Source: Candidatus Bathyarchaeota archaeon | Lineage (GTDB): Archaea > Thermoproteota > Bathyarchaeia > TCS64 | Assembly: GCA_043826455.1 (NCBI GenBank) | Contig: JBDRQD010000036.1 | Coordinates: forward strand, 24,795 to 88,794 | Direction of reading: 5' to 3' | Length of the DNA stretch: 64,000 bases | Part shown: one piece after another, positions 38,415-48,506 of the stretch | How the letters are laid out: every line of letters begins with the position of its first letter | Numbering within the stretch: the first letter of the stretch is position 1 | The notes under the pieces: model-generated | Databases searched by the model: none | The model's input: the letters and a program-made list of their open reading frames with translations, nothing else | Told to the model about the DNA's origin: nothing | Position numbers and translations under genes: made by a program

Positions 38415-39569
38415 TCATTTTTTGGGTTGCTCGGGTTGGGGGAACATGCGGCGGGTCTCTCCCATGAACTTCCTTATGGGGAGCTGCTGGGGGCACTGTT
38501 CCTCGCACTTGGCGCAGGAGACGCAGTTGGTTGAGTGGGTCTCGGGGGTGACCAGCTGCCAGTACCTGTTCTTGACCTCGTCGCTTTGGCCGCTCATGTA
38601 GTACTCGTTGTAGAGGCCGAGGATGGTGGGGATGTCTACGCCTTGGGGGCAGGGCATGCAGTACCTGCAGGCGGTGCAGCCGATGAAGCCTAGGCTGTTG
38701 TAGGCCTTCTTTGCTTCGTCGTAGAGGGCCAGCTCGTATCTGGTTAGTGAGCCCACACCGGACCTGTTCGCGTACTCCAGGTTCTCCTCAACGTGCCTCA
38801 TCTCGCTCATACCGCTGAGGACGACGCTCACCTCCGGCAGGTTCCAGACCCACTGGAGAGCCCACTCGGCTGGTGTCCGTTTCCTCTTGGACTTGGCCCA
38901 GACCTCCTGGACGTCCTTGGGGGGCGTGACTGCCAGCTTGCCTCCTTTGATGGGCTCCATTACTACTACGGCGAGGCCTTTGCCTGCGGCGTATCTGAGG
39001 CCTTCGAGGCCGGCCTGGTACTCTGTGTCCATGTAGTTGAGCTGTATCTGGCAGAAGGTCCAGCTGTAGGTGTCAACGATCTCCTTGAATAGGGTAAGGT
39101 CGTCGTGGAAGCTGAAGCCCAGGTGCCCTATCTTGCCTTCCTTCTTCTTTTCCTCGGCCCATGTGAAGACGTCCAGCTGTTTGATGGTGGGCCACCGCTC
39201 CTTGCGTAGGCCATGGAGGAGGTAAAAGTCGATGCGGTCTGTCTGGAGCTTCTCTAGCTGCTCGTCCAGGTACTTGTCGAAGTCGCTGTGCTGGTTGACT
39301 AGCCAGGTGGGCATCTTGGTGGCTAGTTTGACTTTCTCCCTGTAGCCGTCCCGGAGTGCTTTGCCTACGAGTTTCTCGCTTTCGCCGCCGTGGTAGGGGT
39401 AGGCGGTGTCCACGTAGTTGACGCCTTGGTCGATGGCGTGTCTGATCATCTTGATGGCGTGGGGTTCGTCGATCTTGGATGGGTCTCCGCCTATGGTGGG
39501 TAGCCTCATGGCTCCGAAGCCGAGGGCTGAGGCCTTCCAGTCGAGTTCTCCAAATTTGCGGTACTTCAT
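38415..39569 (-). CDS. Aldo/keto reductase with C-terminal 4Fe-4S dicluster
   Basis: LGFGAMRLP, DTAYPY, CTACRYCMPCP and CVSCAKCEEQCP motifs. Confidence 0.92.
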   Translation of the reverse strand: MKYRKFGELDWKASALGFGAMRLPTIGGDPSKIDEPHAIKMIRHAIDQGVNYVDTAYPYHGGESEKLVGKALRDGYREKVKLATKMPTWLVNQHSDFDKYLDEQLEKLQTDRIDFYLLHGLRKERWPTIKQLDVFTWAEEKKKEGKIGHLGFSFHDDLTLFKEIVDTYSWTFCQIQLNYMDTEYQAGLEGLRYAAGKGLAVVVMEPIKGGKLAVTPPKDVQEVWAKSKRKRTPAEWALQWVWNLPEVSVVLSGMSEMRHVEENLEYANRSGVGSLTRYELALYDEAKKAYNSLGFIGCTACRYCMPCPQGVDIPTILGLYNEYYMSGQSDEVKNRYWQLVTPETHSTNCVSCAKCEEQCPQQLPIRKFMGETRRMFPQPEQPKK

Positions 39570-39664
39570 GTCTCTTCACTTAAAATGGATGTGATTGGAA
39601 CGGAAGCATCACATATAGAAGTTACTGCGTCCTTGGGCAACCATTTTCTACTCTGAGAGCTATA

Positions 39665-40750
39665 ATGAGGGCGATGATTATGGATTCTGATAGGTTCGAG
39701 CGCGTCATGGCGGTCATGCGCCGCGAGGTGCCTGATAGGGTGCCTTGGAGTATCTGGGGCCACTTTCCGGCGGTGGACTGGCTGGAGTATTATAGCTGGG
39801 AGTTGGCCACTCGGAGCGGTGAGGAGTCGGCGAGGGCGCACATGGCGTTGCTGCGTGAGCTGGACTATGCCATGGACTTGTTGAAAGTGACGCCCTACTA
39901 CAGGTTCATGGCTATGAAGTGGGGTAGCCGTTTCGAGTTCAAGGATAATGAGGAGGAGGCGCCCACGGTTAGTACCGTCGTGGAGGAGGCGGAGGACTGG
40001 GGTAGGCTGTGGGTGCTGGATCCCAGGAAGGAGCTGCAGGAGTATGTGCGGTGCAACGAGATATTGGCTAGGGACGTGCGTACGATGCCCTTCATCTACA
40101 CGATCCCGAGTCCGCTGATCCAGGCCATGAATGGTGTGGGTACGCCGGAGCGGGTGATGGAGGACATGAAGAAGAACCCTGATGCCTTAAAGCAGGGACT
40201 GGAGACCATCACGGAGACCACCATAGACTTCGCCAAGGCATGTGTTGACGCGGGTGCCTCTGGTATATTCTTCGGTATCGGTGGCGGTGGCCGGGTGTGG
40301 CGTGAGCTTTCGAAGGATCAGCTGGAGAGGTACGCGCTGGGCTACGACAGGCGGGTGCTTGAGGCGGTGGATTGTCCGATTAAGTTGATGCACATCTGCA
40401 GCACGCCTCAGGGGAACCCCCAGGACAAGAACCTCATGGTGTCGGGCTGGTTCAAGAAGTACCCTGTGGACTGCATCAACTGGGACGCCCACGAGTACAC
40501 GTGGCTGGACGAGGCTAAGAGGTTGTACGGGGACAGGTTCGCCATCTGTGGGGGCTTGAACAGGGTGACGACTCTGAGGACGGGTACGCCTGATGATGTG
40601 GAGGCGGAGGTGAGGAAAGCTATCGTGGACGCTGGTGAGGGTGGGGGCTTCATGCTGGGGCCGGGGTGTACGGTGTACCAGGATATGCCTCGGGCGAACT
40701 TTAACGCTGTTGGGCGGGCGGTCTCTAAGTTTGGGTGGTACAGGAGGTAG
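39665..40750 (+). CDS. Uroporphyrinogen decarboxylase / MtaA-CmuA-like methyltransferase family protein
   Basis: PDRVP, the HxC motif (MHICS), GTPDDV and C-terminal PGC. Confidence 0.8.
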   Translation: MRAMIMDSDRFERVMAVMRREVPDRVPWSIWGHFPAVDWLEYYSWELATRSGEESARAHMALLRELDYAMDLLKVTPYYRFMAMKWGSRFEFKDNEEEAPTVSTVVEEAEDWGRLWVLDPRKELQEYVRCNEILARDVRTMPFIYTIPSPLIQAMNGVGTPERVMEDMKKNPDALKQGLETITETTIDFAKACVDAGASGIFFGIGGGGRVWRELSKDQLERYALGYDRRVLEAVDCPIKLMHICSTPQGNPQDKNLMVSGWFKKYPVDCINWDAHEYTWLDEAKRLYGDRFAICGGLNRVTTLRTGTPDDVEAEVRKAIVDAGEGGGFMLGPGCTVYQDMPRANFNAVGRAVSKFGWYRR

Positions 40751-40956
40751 CCTTCTCCTTTTTTTGTTACAAACTACTTGTAATTTGGCGTTTTAGGGGG
40801 GTTGTACCTGTGGCTGGGTATTCACGTTTTTTAGGATGGATGACAGTTGCGTGGAAGAATGTGATATTTTTGAGTTGCATTTAGCTAAATTTTATGTGTT
40901 TGCTTGAACGTGAAAACTGTTCCAGGAGGAGTGAACTGTGTGGTGTGTGTCTCCGT

Positions 40957-41538
40957 CTAACCTCCTTCGGCTTTAAGTATTTTCCACGCGTAGACCCTGA
41001 TCTGGGAGTACAGGGCGTCGTCGCTCATGCGCTTTACATGTATGTACGGCCCATAATTCTTCCACGTCACACCCTCCTCGCGCATGTCTCCCGTCTGGTT
41101 GTACTTCTCGGAGCCCATATAGATCTGATGCGTGAAGGGGGTAGGGTACTTCCCCAGAATGTACACGAACACGTCCAGTCCCAGACCGTGCTGCAGGCGC
41201 ACTGTGTCCCCCTTGTTCACAGTAATCCATCCGCTGTCATAGTCAGGAGCCCCCCAGCCCCCGGCGGGACCCACCTCCCCCTGAGGCCCCACCACCCCCT
41301 GTGGCCCCTCCGGCCCCTCAGGCCCCACGGGCCCCTCCGGCCCAGGTACCCCCATGATCCCTTGGACACCCGGCGACCCCTTCAACCCCCTCGGCCCCTC
41401 CGGCCCCTCGGGCCCAGGTGGCCCCTTCAACTGGTCTCGGAGGGAAGGCACAAACATGATGGACCCTAAGGTCAACGACACGGATAGCACAACGGTTACC
41501 GCTGCGACCATGATCAACTCTCTTGATTCATAAGACAT
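40957..41538 (-). CDS. Membrane-anchored collagen-like protein
   Basis: N-terminal TM segment, 20 consecutive G-X-Y triplets, then a PDYDSGW globular domain. Confidence 0.85.
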   Translation of the reverse strand: MSYESRELIMVAAVTVVLSVSLTLGSIMFVPSLRDQLKGPPGPEGPEGPRGLKGSPGVQGIMGVPGPEGPVGPEGPEGPQGVVGPQGEVGPAGGWGAPDYDSGWITVNKGDTVRLQHGLGLDVFVYILGKYPTPFTHQIYMGSEKYNQTGDMREEGVTWKNYGPYIHVKRMSDDALYSQIRVYAWKILKAEGG

Positions 41539-41663
41539 TGAACATCTGTTTATTGGCTAGAGCAAGATAACTATAAAAACAGGTTCCAGCGTGACGCCCC
41601 GGGCTTCCCGCTGAAGCCTCGTACAAGCCGCTGAATAGCCCCTAAAGTGAAAAGTTTGGGGGG

Positions 41664-43145
41664 CTACCAGTTGCGCAGGACGTCCAGTATGAGCCTCACG
41701 GCCGGCCCTTTGCTCCCCTTAGGGTTGTAGCCCTTGTTGCTCTTCTGCTCCATGAGGCCCGCTATGTCGAAGTGAGCCCACGGGGTCTCACCCACGAACT
41801 TGCTGAGGAACCTGGCAGCCGTGATAGCCCCACCCGGCCTGCCGCCCGTGTGCTTCCAGTCGGCCACGTCGCTCTTCAGCTGCTCGTCGTAGACGTCCCA
41901 GAGGGGCATCCTCCAAACCATCTCTCCGCTGGTGTGGCTCGCATCCTCTATCCGCTTAGCCACCCCGTCGTCGTTGGCGAAGTAGCCTATCGCATGCTCC
42001 CCTAGAGCTATCTGCATGGCCCCCGTGAGGGTGGCGAAGTCGAACATGGCCTTCGGCTTATAGTTCTTAGAGGCATAAGCCAGGGCGTCGTTGAGGATCA
42101 TCCTGCCCTCCGCGTCGGTGCTGATCACCTCCACCGTCAGCCCCGCGTAGGTGTCCACCACGTCCCCCGGGTGGTAGGCGCTCCCCGAGGGCATGTTGTC
42201 CGTCGCAGGCACCAAGCCAACCACATGCAAGGGCAGCTTCAGCTGGGCTACGGCCCTCATGGCGGAGATGACTATGGCTCCGCCGGTCATATCCGTCTTC
42301 ATGAGCTCCATCCCGTCCCTGCCCTTCATGCTGATGCCCCCAGTGTCGAAGGTAATCGCCTTACCGACCAGCGCCACCGTGTCCTTCTTCTTGTCCCCCC
42401 ACTCCATAATGATGAACTTGGGGGGCTCCAGGGTGCCCCGGGCCACGGCCAGGAAGCTCTTAAGCCCCAGCCTCTCAGCGTCATCCCGGTCCAGCACCTT
42501 CACCTTGACGCCCAGCTCTTGGAGCCTCAGCGCCTCCTCCGCCAACTTGCTCGGCGTCACGTGGTTAGCTGGACCCCAGCTGAGCCTCCTACACATGTTC
42601 ACGGCCTCCCCCAGGACCCTGCCCTGGAAGGCGCCGTTCGCCGGCTCCTCGTCCGCGTAGGGGCTGTAGAGGTGGAGCTCCTTCACCTGCTTGAACTTGT
42701 CCAGACCCTGGGTCTTATGGAAGGGGTCGTGGAAGCTCCCCATCAGGAAGGACTCCACCGCCGCCTCGGCCGCGTCGTCGGGGCTCAGCCCCCCAAGGGT
42801 CAACTGGGTGAGGCTCACCCCCACGGCCTCCACCCCCAGCTCCCTGGCCCTCCTGGCGGCCTCGCCCAGGCTCTCCCTCACCCTCTCCGCCGTCAACTCG
42901 GCCTTCTTACCGAAGCCCACGAACATGACGCGCTCAGCGTACACTCTCCCCAGGCTGTAGATGAGCGCCACCTCGTCCTTGGCTCCCTTGAAGTCCCCCA
43001 GCTCCATGACGCTCTCAGCCATATCCGCGAGAGGCCCCGTGAGCCTCATGTTACTGAGGTTACCCTTCGCCTCCTCTACGAGGCCGATGACCATGAGGGG
43101 CAGCCGCGCCTCCATGGGCGTCGTCTTGTGTAACATTATTTCCAT
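41664..43145 (-). CDS. pepA: Leucyl aminopeptidase (M17)
   Basis: VGKAITFDTGG, MKTDM, TDAEGR and ATLTGA motifs. Confidence 0.95.
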   Translation of the reverse strand: MEIMLHKTTPMEARLPLMVIGLVEEAKGNLSNMRLTGPLADMAESVMELGDFKGAKDEVALIYSLGRVYAERVMFVGFGKKAELTAERVRESLGEAARRARELGVEAVGVSLTQLTLGGLSPDDAAEAAVESFLMGSFHDPFHKTQGLDKFKQVKELHLYSPYADEEPANGAFQGRVLGEAVNMCRRLSWGPANHVTPSKLAEEALRLQELGVKVKVLDRDDAERLGLKSFLAVARGTLEPPKFIIMEWGDKKKDTVALVGKAITFDTGGISMKGRDGMELMKTDMTGGAIVISAMRAVAQLKLPLHVVGLVPATDNMPSGSAYHPGDVVDTYAGLTVEVISTDAEGRMILNDALAYASKNYKPKAMFDFATLTGAMQIALGEHAIGYFANDDGVAKRIEDASHTSGEMVWRMPLWDVYDEQLKSDVADWKHTGGRPGGAITAARFLSKFVGETPWAHFDIAGLMEQKSNKGYNPKGSKGPAVRLILDVLRNW

Positions 43146-43386
43146 GGCTGAAGCTTTGGTGCGGACGTATATAAAAGAGGCTGAGGCACCCAGAGTTGTG
43201 CACACTTTCCTCTAATTATTCACCCATACGATTAACTTCAGGGGCCAGCAGCCCACCATATTCAAACCTTGAGACAATCCTAGTGGTTGTGTCGCCGGAA
43301 ACGTATCCCCGAATGATTCCAATGCAGAGATACGATTTTATAATATTATACCCCCATTATTGGTGAAACCCCCGCACGGTGCAGAA

Positions 43387-43773
43387 ATGGCCATAGAAGA
43401 CAAGTTCCAAGGCGTAGTCAGCCACGTGGGCCTGGAAAGGGACGAGGCCGAGTTCCTCAACTTCAACCTCACCCTGGGCATACTGGTAAAGACAGAGAAG
43501 AAGCTCACCTACAACGAGGGGGAGCGCCTCATCAAGCGGCTTCAGAAGGAGCTCCTGGGCAAGAACATAGAGCTGGAGGCCGTGGCCGTGCCCTGCCCCG
43601 TCTGCGGCAAGACCTTCAACACCGAGACGGGCATGAGGCAGCACCTCAGGAAGCAGCACGAGGGCGAGGAGGAGAAGCCCAAGAAGAGGACGAGGAAGGC
43701 ACCCGAGAAGAAGGCTCAGCCCAAGAAGACTGGCTCCAAGAAGGGCTCCTCGAAGAAGAAGACCACCAGGTAA
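43387..43773 (+). CDS. C2H2 zinc-finger protein with a Lys-rich tail
   Basis: CPVCGKTF......RQHLRKQH followed by a K-rich C-terminus. Confidence 0.8.
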   Translation: MAIEDKFQGVVSHVGLERDEAEFLNFNLTLGILVKTEKKLTYNEGERLIKRLQKELLGKNIELEAVAVPCPVCGKTFNTETGMRQHLRKQHEGEEEKPKKRTRKAPEKKAQPKKTGSKKGSSKKKTTR

Positions 43774-43856
43774 ATTGTTTGAATCATATAACAATCGTAT
43801 ACTACTATAAACGCTTATATTTTCCACGCCCACACCACAAATAAGGCGGACACACA

Positions 43857-45033
43857 ATGGGGCAGAAGAACGACAGGCTAGTCCTCCCAACCCTGATTCT
43901 GGCCGTCTCATCCATCGACCAGCCGTCCCTCATCGTCAACATAAGCCTCATAGAGATAGCCCTCTTCCACGGCGTCACCCTTAGTGTAGCCGGGCAGATA
44001 CAGAGCATCACCTCCAACCGTCGGCCTCCTCACAGCTCTGGCCGCCGGCGCCCTCAGCGTCCGGTACAGCTACAAGTCCCTGCTCCTAGCCGGGCTGAGC
44101 ATATGCGTAGCCTCCGCCGCCCTCTGCTCCCTGGCCCCCAGCTTCCCGACGCTGGCCGCCGTCTACGCCGCCATGGGCCTGGTGACGGGGCTGGTGACCC
44201 CCATGGTGTTCGCCATCCTGGGCGAGTGCTACCCCTCGGAGCGGCGCCCACGCATGGTGGGCATCCTGCCCTCGTCCCGGACCACCGTGTACCTTGTCAT
44301 GGTTCAGCTCATAGGGCTGGTGGTGGGTACACTGGGCTGGCGCACCGCGTTCCTGTTGCTCGTCACGCCGCTTGCCAGCCTTGGGCTCATCTCCTCAAGG
44401 CTGGCTCTACCGGACGTCAAAGGCTCATCCAACGCGAGCCGGGGCGGCGTCCTGGACGGATATAGGAGCGTCCTGGGCTCACGCCAAACCCAGGCCTGCC
44501 TAGCGGGCATCACCCTGGCCGCAGGGTCCTGGCTGGGCGTAGTCATCTACTCCGTCTCCTACCTGAGGGACAGGTTCACCCTGACCAGACAAGATGCGTC
44601 TCTCATCTTCAGCGGCCTCGTCGTAGGCGTCCTGGTGGGCAACTACGTGGGCGGCCTCCTGGCCTCCAGGTACGGCCGGAGGAGGGTGCTGATGCTCAGC
44701 AGCATGGCCACGGGCATGCTCATCGCATGCTACATGAACACCCCCAGCGTGGCACTTACCATCGCCGCCGTGCCCATCATGAGCGTCATGGGCGGGGTCG
44801 TCCTAACCTCTGCCAACAGCCTGGCCCTGGAGCAGAGCTCAACCTACAGGGGAACCATAATGTCCTTGGCCTCGGCTGCGGGCCAGCTCGGCGGGGCCCT
44901 GGGGGCCGCTGCCGGGGGCCTCGCCCTCAGCGTAAGTGGATGGAGCCTAGTCGGCCTCACACTTGCCTCCTTCAGCCTTGTCGCCTCAGCCATAATCCGC
45001 CTATGGACCCGCGAGCCCGGTCAGGGCACGTGA
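43857..45033 (+). pseudogene. MFS transporter interrupted by a single-base insertion (pseudogene or sequencing error)
   Basis: Removing one A at 44016-44017 joins the 43857 N-terminus to the 44173..45033 frame (TSTVGLLTALAAGALSVRYSYK). Confidence 0.75.
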
Positions 45034-45045
45034 CCGGTATAGAAA

Positions 45046-45120
45046 TGGAGCCTCGGGCGGGATTCGAACCCGCGGCCAACAGCTTACAAGGCTGCCGCTC
45101 TACCCCTGAGCTACCAAGGC
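45046..45120 (-). tRNA. tRNA-Thr(TGT), CCA encoded
   Basis: Reverse complement GCCTTGGTAGCTCAGGGGTAGAGCGGCAGCCT-TGT-AAGCTGTTGGCCGCGGGTTCGAATCCCGCCCGAGGCTCCA folds as a cloverleaf. Confidence 0.95.
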
Positions 45121-45226
45121 ACGCGCACCACAATAGACAGGAAACGCCAAATAAACTTTTATCTATCCCCCGCCGCGCCGGTGATACAGGTTTATTATTC
45201 CCCGGTAAAATGTTTAACGGGGGAAG

Positions 45227-45874
45227 ATGGGGGAGAAACACTTCAACGCGAGGAGCATGGCGCCGCCGCTAGGCATCGCCCTGGCCAACATAGTGCTCAC
45301 CGCCGCGGCCTACGGCTCGCTCCCAGACCGCATCATCATCCACTGGAACGCGGCTGGGGCCCCGGACGGCTACTCGGGGAAGCTCGGAGTGATGATAATG
45401 CCCGTAGCCTCTCTGATATTCCTCGGCCTGTTCCTAGTCATTCCCCGGATCGACCCCAGCGGCAACATAGGCCGGTTCGGAGGCGCATACGTTGGCCTCA
45501 TGAGCATGATGCAGCTCTACATGCTCTTCTTCAACGGCGTCTTCATCGCCCAAAACCTGGGATACACCTTCAACATGGGCGCGGCGCTGGCCCTGGCAAT
45601 GGGCGCCATGTTCTACTACTTGGGCACGGTTCTCGAGAAGGCTAAGCAGAACTGGTTCGTGGGGATTCGCACCCCTTGGACGCTGAGCGACGAGGAGGTC
45701 TGGGACAGGACCCACCGTGTCGGTGGACAGCTCTTCAGAGCCAGCGGAGCGGTGACCGTGCTCGGGGCCCTCATTCCAGACATCAGCATCTGGCTCATCA
45801 TCGTACCCGTGGTCTTCTCCAGCCTGTACCTCGTGTGGTACTCCTACTCTGAGTACCAGAAGAAGAGACGGTGA
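45227..45874 (+). CDS. SdpI/YfhL family membrane protein with DUF1648
   Basis: LPDRI.IHWNAAG.PDGY and NWFVGIRTPWTL....W..TH motifs. Confidence 0.9.
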   Translation: MGEKHFNARSMAPPLGIALANIVLTAAAYGSLPDRIIIHWNAAGAPDGYSGKLGVMIMPVASLIFLGLFLVIPRIDPSGNIGRFGGAYVGLMSMMQLYMLFFNGVFIAQNLGYTFNMGAALALAMGAMFYYLGTVLEKAKQNWFVGIRTPWTLSDEEVWDRTHRVGGQLFRASGAVTVLGALIPDISIWLIIVPVVFSSLYLVWYSYSEYQKKRR

Positions 45875-45978
45875 AGGGACTAAGGACGCTCAGTGCCTCA
45901 ACCGCGTCGCTGAACCGCCTAGGCCCGGGCGCCGAGTTCAAATAAATTTTTGTCTAACCACGCGCCCACCTATAATGC

Positions 45979-47013
45979 ATGAGGTTGAAAGCGGCGGCCG
46001 CGTACCTGCTCATCTATCTAGCCCTGGCAGCCGCTCACCCCCACGCCCAGGGCCTCACCCCCAGCGCAGGGGACGCGGTCCTCATCGACAGCAACGGCAG
46101 CGTCACGGCCCGCATCTACAACGCCACCAGGGTCACCGAGGACATCCTCACCGAGGTGAACGCTACACTCAGGGACGGGCTCCCCGTGGTCTTCATCGGC
46201 GAGGGCGCGGAGAGGCTGCTGGAGGTCGCAGGCGCCCCTATAACCCTTGAGGATTTAGATGGCGTGGCGGCGGCGGGCGTGTGGCTGCACCCCGGCCAGC
46301 CGGGGGCCCCCATAAGCGTCCTGCTGGTGCGGGACTCCTTCTACTCCCCGGAGTGCCTGGAGGCCGCCTACAGGTGGCTGGAAGAACCCGTCGAGGCCCC
46401 CTCCGGGAACCTGTCAGACCTTTACAGGCTCGTCGCCGTCCTGACCGAGGTGGACCGCCAACTGCCCCTAGGCGTCCTGGAGACCAGGACCGAGGTACTG
46501 AGGGTGCTGGACGCGTCCGGGTTTAACCTCATCGACTTAACGGTGAACCAGATGCTGACCCCCGGCTCAGCCGCCGGCGTCTCCGGGTGGATGTGGAGCA
46601 GCCTGGAGTACGCCGTGGATGGCTCCGCTGCCGGCGCCAACGTAACCCTGTCCAGCTACGACGAGCCACCCAGGGAGCCCCCAGTGGGCATCTTCACCCT
46701 CCTCTGGAGGATCGTGACCCTCAGGTGGGCTGACATCATCCCCTGGCTGTGGGGCCAGGGCCAGGGCGTAGCCTGGACCGACATGAGCGACTACGGCAGA
46801 CAACTGTACCAGGTGAGGATCGAGGCGCCGGACGGCTCCGCGGAGGCCGGTGAGCCCCTGGAGGCCCGCCACCACGTGGTGTTGAAGGCGGCGGAGGGGG
46901 CGGACCCCGTTTACCTCCGCTGGACTCAGGTGAGGTACGTGAAGGGCGGAGCCCTCAGCGCCGAGAGGTACACCGCGCCCGCCACGGGCGGCCTCATACG
47001 GGTTCACACGTAA
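45979..47013 (+). CDS. Hypothetical secreted protein
   Basis: Signal-peptide-like N-terminus and N-X-T sequons. Confidence 0.65.
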   Translation: MRLKAAAAYLLIYLALAAAHPHAQGLTPSAGDAVLIDSNGSVTARIYNATRVTEDILTEVNATLRDGLPVVFIGEGAERLLEVAGAPITLEDLDGVAAAGVWLHPGQPGAPISVLLVRDSFYSPECLEAAYRWLEEPVEAPSGNLSDLYRLVAVLTEVDRQLPLGVLETRTEVLRVLDASGFNLIDLTVNQMLTPGSAAGVSGWMWSSLEYAVDGSAAGANVTLSSYDEPPREPPVGIFTLLWRIVTLRWADIIPWLWGQGQGVAWTDMSDYGRQLYQVRIEAPDGSAEAGEPLEARHHVVLKAAEGADPVYLRWTQVRYVKGGALSAERYTAPATGGLIRVHT

Positions 47014-47046
47014 CCCATTTAACCTGCGGGGCCGGTGGATACTGAA

Positions 47047-47442
47047 ATGTCAGTCAAGGTCACCCAGATCGAAGGAATGAAGCTGAAGGCCGAGTACGAG
47101 GGCCTAGAGGTCGTCAGCGGCCGTGTAGACGAGAACACGCAGACCGAGGGCATGAGCCCGGGCAAGCTCATGGCTGCCGCCCTCGGCCTTTGCAACGGGA
47201 TGCACGTCGCAGGCTACCTGAAGCGAAACAGCATACCCAACGAAGGCTTCGAGGTCACCGTGGAGCAGGCTAACGCCGAGAACCCCCGCAGGAGCGGCGG
47301 CTTCACCACCACCATCCATGTGAAGGCGGAGCTCACCGAAGCGCAGAGGGAAGCACTACTGGCGGACGCCAACAAGTGCTACGTGGGCAACACCCTGCGC
47401 AGCAGCGCCACGGTCAGCGTAACCCTGAAGACTGAGCCCTAG
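47047..47442 (+). CDS. OsmC family protein
   Basis: SPGKLMAAALGLC...CYVGNTL two-Cys pattern. Confidence 0.85.
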   Translation: MSVKVTQIEGMKLKAEYEGLEVVSGRVDENTQTEGMSPGKLMAAALGLCNGMHVAGYLKRNSIPNEGFEVTVEQANAENPRRSGGFTTTIHVKAELTEAQREALLADANKCYVGNTLRSSATVSVTLKTEP

Positions 47443-47984
47443 AGGCTTCTGCCCAGCTCCCGGGCTTTCTTCAGCAGCTCCTTGTTCTCTGCCACCGGCA
47501 GGTTCCCAGTGCCGTAGGCCCTCAACCCGCCGACTATCTTCATCTTCCAGTAGTTCCTCATGCGGCCGTCCATCCACTCCAGGACCTCGTCGTAGGCGTT
47601 GGGGTTGTCCCAGCCGCAGGTTATCAGGTTGATGCACTTGACGCCGTCTGGGAACTTTTTCCTGTACTCGTCGCCGTGGCTCTTGCTGTAGTAGTAGAGG
47701 CGGTCTATGAAGAGCTTGGTGCGGCTGCTCACGTGGTCGTAGTATATGGGGGTGCCTATGACGATGCCGCCCATGGTCTCCAGGTGGGGCATGATGGATT
47801 TGAAGTCGTCCTCGGGATACACGTACTTCTCGCCGTCGTGGTCCAGGGGTCTTATCTCCATCTCCCCCAGGTAGAATATGTGGGTCTCGTGGCCCGCTTC
47901 CCGGGCCCCCGCCAGGGCCTCCTCCACGAGCCTGGCCGTGTTCCCGGTCTTCCTCGGGCCGCCGACTACGCCTATAATCTTCAT
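47439..47984 (-). CDS. Flavodoxin-like NADPH-dependent FMN reductase family protein
   Basis: GGPRKTGNT, GTPIY and KLFIDR motifs; lacks the Isf Cys cluster. Confidence 0.82.
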   Translation of the reverse strand: MKIIGVVGGPRKTGNTARLVEEALAGAREAGHETHIFYLGEMEIRPLDHDGEKYVYPEDDFKSIMPHLETMGGIVIGTPIYYDHVSSRTKLFIDRLYYYSKSHGDEYRKKFPDGVKCINLITCGWDNPNAYDEVLEWMDGRMRNYWKMKIVGGLRAYGTGNLPVAENKELLKKARELGRSL

Positions 47985-48066
47985 ACCGTTGGAGGGTGGA
48001 CGGTGGATTATGAAGGTAACTGGGCGGTCAGCCCGGCTTCAAGCTGGTACATAAAAAATTGGGGGG

Positions 48067-48351
48067 TTACTTGAGGGACTTGATGAGCTTGTCTATGGTC
48101 ACCGCGGGCATGCTGAGAATCTTTATGGTGCCTCTGCTGCCCAGCTCTACGCTCATCCTGAAGACCGCGTCGTTGTCCGGCGCCTCCACGATGTTGACGA
48201 AGTCGTAGGGGCCCAGGACGGCGTACTGCTCCAGCACCTTGACGCCGTAGGCCTCTATCTCCTTGTTGACCTCCTTGATACGCTCAGGTTTCTCCTTCAG
48301 GGTCCTCTGGCCCTCGGGTGTCAGCGTTGATAGCAGGATGTACTTGGCCAC
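48067..48351 (-). CDS. GYD domain protein
   Basis: LGPYDFVNIVEAPD motif. Confidence 0.88.
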   Translation of the reverse strand: MAKYILLSTLTPEGQRTLKEKPERIKEVNKEIEAYGVKVLEQYAVLGPYDFVNIVEAPDNDAVFRMSVELGSRGTIKILSMPAVTIDKLIKSLK

Positions 48352-48410
48352 TGTTTCACCAAGGTGAAGTTAAAATCAGCCTTAAAATGAGTATCGGTCA
48401 TGGTTAAGGT

Positions 48411-48460
48411 GAGGCCTCGGACCCGCGGCCTACAACTTACGAGGCTGCGGCACTACCCCT
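48411..48460 (-). pseudogene. Degenerate tRNA-Thr copy
   Basis: GCCTCGG/ACCCGCGGCC/TACAACTTACGAGGCTGC/CTACCCCT matches both neighbouring tRNA-Thr genes, with an 11-nt T-arm deletion. Confidence 0.7.
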
Positions 48461-48506
48461 TAGTAGAGATGCGGGGGGCTGTGCCCCCTGAACGCTCTCA
48501 CGCCTC

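Noticed and set aside
41590..41636. C/D box guide RNA (two CTGA boxes)
   Set aside because: There is no good RUGAUGA C or C' box, and the nearby TATA better serves the collagen gene.
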